Source: an archaeon
Lineage (GTDB): Archaea > Nanobdellota > Nanobdellia > Woesearchaeales > GW2011-AR9
Length of the DNA stretch: 64,000 nucleotides
Direction: 5' to 3'
Assembly: GCA_018670085.1 (NCBI GenBank)
Contig: JABHRS010000007.1
Span: 272-64,271, forward strand
The translations under genes and the position numbers were made by a program. The first letter of the stretch is position 1; the number at the start of each line of letters is the position of its first letter. The notes beneath the pieces are model-generated. The model ran no database searches and was not told the origin of the DNA. It saw only the letters and a list, made by a program, of their open reading frames with translations. Shown here piece after piece: positions 62,087 through 64,000 of this stretch.

Positions 62087-62596
62087 TTATACTTCATCCT
62101 TATGATCGCACTTTATCTCATGTTCTAACAAATCAGAATAATCCCAGAATTTGATGATCTGATTTATTGTTGATATTTCATGATCCTTTAAGATGTTTGG
62201 AAACTTCATTCTAATCTCTCGCAGCATCACATAGAAATCTTGAGCGTGTTTAGTTGCCATCACAATGGTAAAATCAAATCTGCCAGTAGTACTTTCTAAA
62301 TAAACAATTGAGGGGTATTTTGCTAAGTATGAGACAAATTGTTTTTCTTTTTTAGCATCAAAACGTTTGATATTAATTTGTACTTTATAGAGGGTGTGAT
62401 AACCAATTTTGTGATAATTAATTTGAGTACTAGTTGATCTAATTATTTTTTGATCTTTGAGTTTTTTAAGACGATATTTGATAGAATCTCTTCTTAGGCC
62501 GGTTTTTCTCGCAATTTTTGAAATCATCGCTCTGCCATCATGATAAATGAAACTCAAAAGGGTTCTGTCTTTTTTGTCGAGGGGACTGTTTTGCAT
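62087..62596 (-). CDS. Lrp/AsnC family transcriptional regulator
   Basis: LDKKDRTLL..DGR..IAR....YRLKKL..II; TTGRFDF. Confidence 0.9.
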   Translation of the reverse strand: MQNSPLDKKDRTLLSFIYHDGRAMISKIARKTGLRRDSIKYRLKKLKDQKIIRSTSTQINYHKIGYHTLYKVQINIKRFDAKKEKQFVSYLAKYPSIVYLESTTGRFDFTIVMATKHAQDFYVMLREIRMKFPNILKDHEISTINQIIKFWDYSDLLEHEIKCDHKDEV

Positions 62597-62752
62597 ATTG
62601 TCTATAATGGTGGTGATTGTATTTAAAACTTACCCAAAATACGTAGTTTTTCTCCGAAATTAACTTATTCTGAGTTTGCTCTGATCTTATCATAGCGAAG
62701 GTCAAATTACGAAAAATCAAAAATGACTTTTGCAAATCGGAGGAAAATAATA

Positions 62753-63175
62753 ATGAACACATATAGTGGTTTGGATAACAGACCAGTTGAAGAAATAATT
62801 AGAGATTGTAAATACCCATATCAAAGAATGGCAAATGATTTGTCGTCAATGGTAGGTAATAGTTTAGATAATAAATATGTTCAAGCAGGATTAGTTGGAA
62901 CTGTTGGAGCTGCTGCTTTAGTAGCTGCAGGTCCAGCGTATGCTGGTGAAGTTGCAGCTGGCGTTGAATATGGGTTTTTTAGTGGAGCATGGGATGGATT
63001 TTTGGTAGGTCCAAACATCATCATGGACTTAGTTGGTTGTGAATCAACTTGGGCTGCAGATGGTGCTGGAGTTAGAAGTACGCCAAACACTGGTCTTGGA
63101 TACTGGATTGGTTTCTACTTGATGGCAGGAACAGAGGGAACCATATTTGGTGTTATCGGTGGTAGCGGAGATTAG
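62753..63175 (+). CDS. Hypothetical Gly/Ala-rich membrane protein
   Basis: GGAGG SD before ATG 62753; YGFFSGAWDG, NTGLGYWIGF. Confidence 0.6.
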   Translation: MNTYSGLDNRPVEEIIRDCKYPYQRMANDLSSMVGNSLDNKYVQAGLVGTVGAAALVAAGPAYAGEVAAGVEYGFFSGAWDGFLVGPNIIMDLVGCESTWAADGAGVRSTPNTGLGYWIGFYLMAGTEGTIFGVIGGSGD

Positions 63176-63226
63176 GTAATCTATTTTTAATTTTTATTTT
63201 TTAGAAATAGTTTTTAATATTTTTTT

Positions 63227-63628
63227 ATGGGGGATAAAATGAGTAATAACAATGAATTAGGAGGGAACTCTATCAAAAATATTTTAGTTGATATTTTGTC
63301 AAACGAATTTGCACCTTTTGCTATGGGTTTAGCTGCTGGTGCATACACTGGATTCAGTGGTGAATCTTATGCATCACCTGTTTTAATGGAAACTATTGTA
63401 ATTGGAACATTTTCAACTGGGGTTGCCAGGATGTTTAGACCACAAGACAGATTTTCAAAAACTTATGGAGAGAATTATGATAATTTGCCAAAATTTAATC
63501 GAGATTTAGTCAATGAAATGGATAGGGCTGAACATCGATATGGTGTAATCACAGGTTTTACTGACGGTACAATCTATAGTATGATTGGTTTTGGAGTTGG
63601 GTATGTTGCCGGGAGAATTGTCAATTAG
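63227..63628 (+). CDS. Hypothetical membrane protein
   Basis: Gly-zipper-like hydrophobic segments. Confidence 0.6.
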   Translation: MGDKMSNNNELGGNSIKNILVDILSNEFAPFAMGLAAGAYTGFSGESYASPVLMETIVIGTFSTGVARMFRPQDRFSKTYGENYDNLPKFNRDLVNEMDRAEHRYGVITGFTDGTIYSMIGFGVGYVAGRIVN

Positions 63629-63720
63629 TGATGAAAAATTGCGAGGGTTGTACTTTGTCGTAATTTTAAAGTGGTAGTTTCAGTAAGTTTTATAAAATAG
63701 AGTGAGAAAATGAAAGTCTA

Positions 63721-64000
63721 ATGGTAAATGTGAAGAAAATAATGGGAGTAGCTGGATTAGTTGGTTTAGGTTATGTAGGCGGTGCGGTTGATTTAGAACA
63801 TAACAATCCTGATAGATTTGGCTATGTAGCATGTGCTCCTGATGATATTCAACAAGCAATGAGAGATGATAATATATCTGCTGTGACTAATTGGGCTGAT
63901 GCAAATGTACCAACTAGGGAATCTTGGTGGTTAGAATATCAAGATTTTGGGCTTAGTTTTCAATTGCCTACTCCACTTATTGTTAGAGTTTCTGATCCAA
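63721..64000 (+). CDS. Hypothetical protein, 3'-truncated by the window
   Basis: Open from ATG 63721 to window end; N-terminal hydrophobic helix. Confidence 0.55.
   Translation, partial: MVNVKKIMGVAGLVGLGYVGGAVDLEHNNPDRFGYVACAPDDIQQAMRDDNISAVTNWADANVPTRESWWLEYQDFGLSFQLPTPLIVRVSDP

Noticed and set aside
61890-62105. 71-aa ORF
   Set aside because: Coincides with the palindromic element; TTG start and no protein-like features

Overview
AT-rich archaeal chromosome segment, most likely a DPANN (Woesearchaeota-like) genome; this taxonomy is inferred from gene content. It carries core genes (rpoH-rpoB''-rpoB'-rpoA'-rpoA''-rpl30e-nusA-rps12-rps7, EF-1a/rps10, rps2, ftsZ, gyrB, kae1, asnS, truD, radB), an nrdJ-cobO operon and many orphan genes. 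All five tRNA genes I could read (Arg-CCT, Lys-TTT, Asp-GTC, Tyr-GTA, Thr-TGT) are interrupted, with 8 introns in total; tRNA-Arg has three. The most striking structure is a free-standing two-motif LAGLIDADG gene that reads antisense into tRNA-Thr and is bounded upstream by a degenerate, rearranged copy of that same tRNA. tRNA-Asp has a similar duplicated 3' end without the nuclease. Other leads: an NrdJ with altered active-site residues, a candidate donor-strand surface-filament cluster, a TIM-barrel protein with a large insert, and two unexplained structured intergenic elements. All calls come from reading motifs by eye; no searches were run.
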